A stretch of DNA of 64,000 nucleotides from Cyanobacteriota bacterium (GTDB lineage Bacteria; Cyanobacteriota; Cyanobacteriia; PCC-6307; Cyanobiaceae): contig JAYKHK010000024.1 of NCBI GenBank assembly GCA_035284785.1, forward strand, positions 2,573 through 66,572. Reading direction: 5' to 3'. The translations under genes and the position numbers were made by a program. Position 1 is the stretch's first letter. Every line of letters starts with the position of its first letter. Of this stretch, positions 62,745 through 64,000 are shown one piece after another. The notes beneath the pieces are model-generated. The model searched no databases, was not told the origin of the DNA, and saw only the letters and a program-made list of their open reading frames with translations.

Positions 62745-64000
62745 TGGGGAGGCGTAGGATTGATTGAACCATTAATTTCGTTGGGAGCAATTTTTCTTCC
62801 ATCGAAATATACAGATATTCCTCCATCGGCTGAGATGCAGATTGACCAAATTTCTTTGTTCATATGGCTAATTGAAGTTATTCCTCGCGCAGTACGGTGG
62901 CGGGTGCCCTTGCCCAATTCGGTATCTCCTTGGACGACTCTGCCTTCTTTGATTGGCACAACAAAGACTTGATTCTCTATCCTAAGATTAGATAGGTTTA
63001 TTAGCATGGATCCATCTGGAATCATCATCTCCACTAAGGACTGTGAGGTGTGGTCATATAGATGTCCTTCTCTCCAGTATGAGATCTGCTTGTCATTGAG
63101 TTCCGTTCTCATACCCTCTAAAATAGGGTGCTCGGATGCTGATGGATTATTGACAAAAATGATCATACCTCCACATCCAGGCCGGGCTGAGACGTGACAG
63201 ATAGCCGCCGCCAAAGCAATTATTGAGGTCTTTTTATATGGCTCTAAGTCTGGGATGAGCTCATCAAATATATGACGCTCTAGCAACACCTTTAAATTGA
63301 TGAAGCTCCAGTCTTTAATAAAATCTTTGTTACCTAGATATTCTAACTTAAAGTCTGTACGGGGGCTGAATTCAACTATGACTTTGCGATTGTAATATAT
63401 CACAAGACGACCCTCGTCTACGGATACAATAGTCAATTTAGGGCACTTATGTGAAAGACTTAAAAAATATTCAGCAGGACCCAGTTCATCAGGTGAATTT
63501 TCAAGATCGTCAAGATTAAACTTTAGTTCGTCCTTTCTTTGTTCCTCTGGAAACGGAAGAGGATGCACTAAGGCAACATGATCATTGGAGGCCTCATCAA
63601 AGAACAAACCAGTTCGACCATCCATGAATAATGAATAATGGCTTTTGATCATGGTATGCCAACAGCTATGTTTGTTGCAATATTCTATAATTCTCCCATC
63701 ACCCTTAGGGTTTGGATCCAGCTCTGATATGCATCTAAACCTACTCATTAAAATCTGATTGCCAATATAGGCAGTAAACTTTAATGAAGCCCCTTCGTGT
63801 TTCGCAAAACTAAGCTGTTGAAGCTGATCGAAAAGATTAGCGAGCTTAACAGCGGTCATTTCAGAAACACTTTCCTTCGTCACTACGTCATTCCATGGTT
63901 TAATCAGAGGGGCACGGCTTAATCCTTTTCTTTTAAGAAGTATCGAGTTCCGATAATCCGAAAAGACTTCTTGCAAAGTCTTAAGTAGATGCATTGGATG
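62741..64000 (-). CDS. DisA_N/DAC-domain diadenylate cyclase-like protein (frame open to window edge)
   Basis: C-terminal GGMIIF...PDGSMLI...GKGTRHRTA...ICISADGGISVY; no stop between 63994 and 64000. Confidence 0.82.
   Translation of the reverse strand, partial: HPMHLLKTLQEVFSDYRNSILLKRKGLSRAPLIKPWNDVVTKESVSEMTAVKLANLFDQLQQLSFAKHEGASLKFTAYIGNQILMSRFRCISELDPNPKGDGRIIEYCNKHSCWHTMIKSHYSLFMDGRTGLFFDEASNDHVALVHPLPFPEEQRKDELKFNLDDLENSPDELGPAEYFLSLSHKCPKLTIVSVDEGRLVIYYNRKVIVEFSPRTDFKLEYLGNKDFIKDWSFINLKVLLERHIFDELIPDLEPYKKTSIIALAAAICHVSARPGCGGMIIFVNNPSASEHPILEGMRTELNDKQISYWREGHLYDHTSQSLVEMMIPDGSMLINLSNLRIENQVFVVPIKEGRVVQGDTELGKGTRHRTARGITSISHMNKEIWSICISADGGISVYFDGRKIAPNEINGSINPTPPQ

Overview
GC-rich picocyanobacterial chromosome (Cyanobium/Synechococcus-like, judged from acsF, psb30, ycf20, ycf36, class II FBA and proteobacterial-type PRK). 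Bases 1 to ~50 kb are mostly core genes: lpxD, leuB, prk, pilD, accD, fbaA, ftsH, rpmF, recJ, ubiX, acsF, tldD/pmbA, fmt, tpiA, carB, rsfS, tRNA-fMet and cbiX. Non-coding elements readable in this part are a class I glutamine riboswitch with an NtcA box ahead of an unannotated 37-aa ORF, a near-consensus CRP site, phased DnaA-box-like motifs and several terminators. From ~51 kb the content is accessory: a cupin/diiron oxidase/methyltransferase/TauD cluster, a (GEG)6 lipoprotein facing piuC, cynS and an Xre-RES toxin-antitoxin pair. The strongest candidate for an undescribed system is an AT-rich, tightly coupled minus-strand operon at 58.7-64 kb, cut by the window edge: DisA_N-type diadenylate cyclase, a minimal alanyl-tRNA-synthetase paralogue, LivH/LivM-type permeases and a CapV-like patatin phospholipase. 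All calls come from motif recognition by eye; no database searches were run and many start codons are best guesses.
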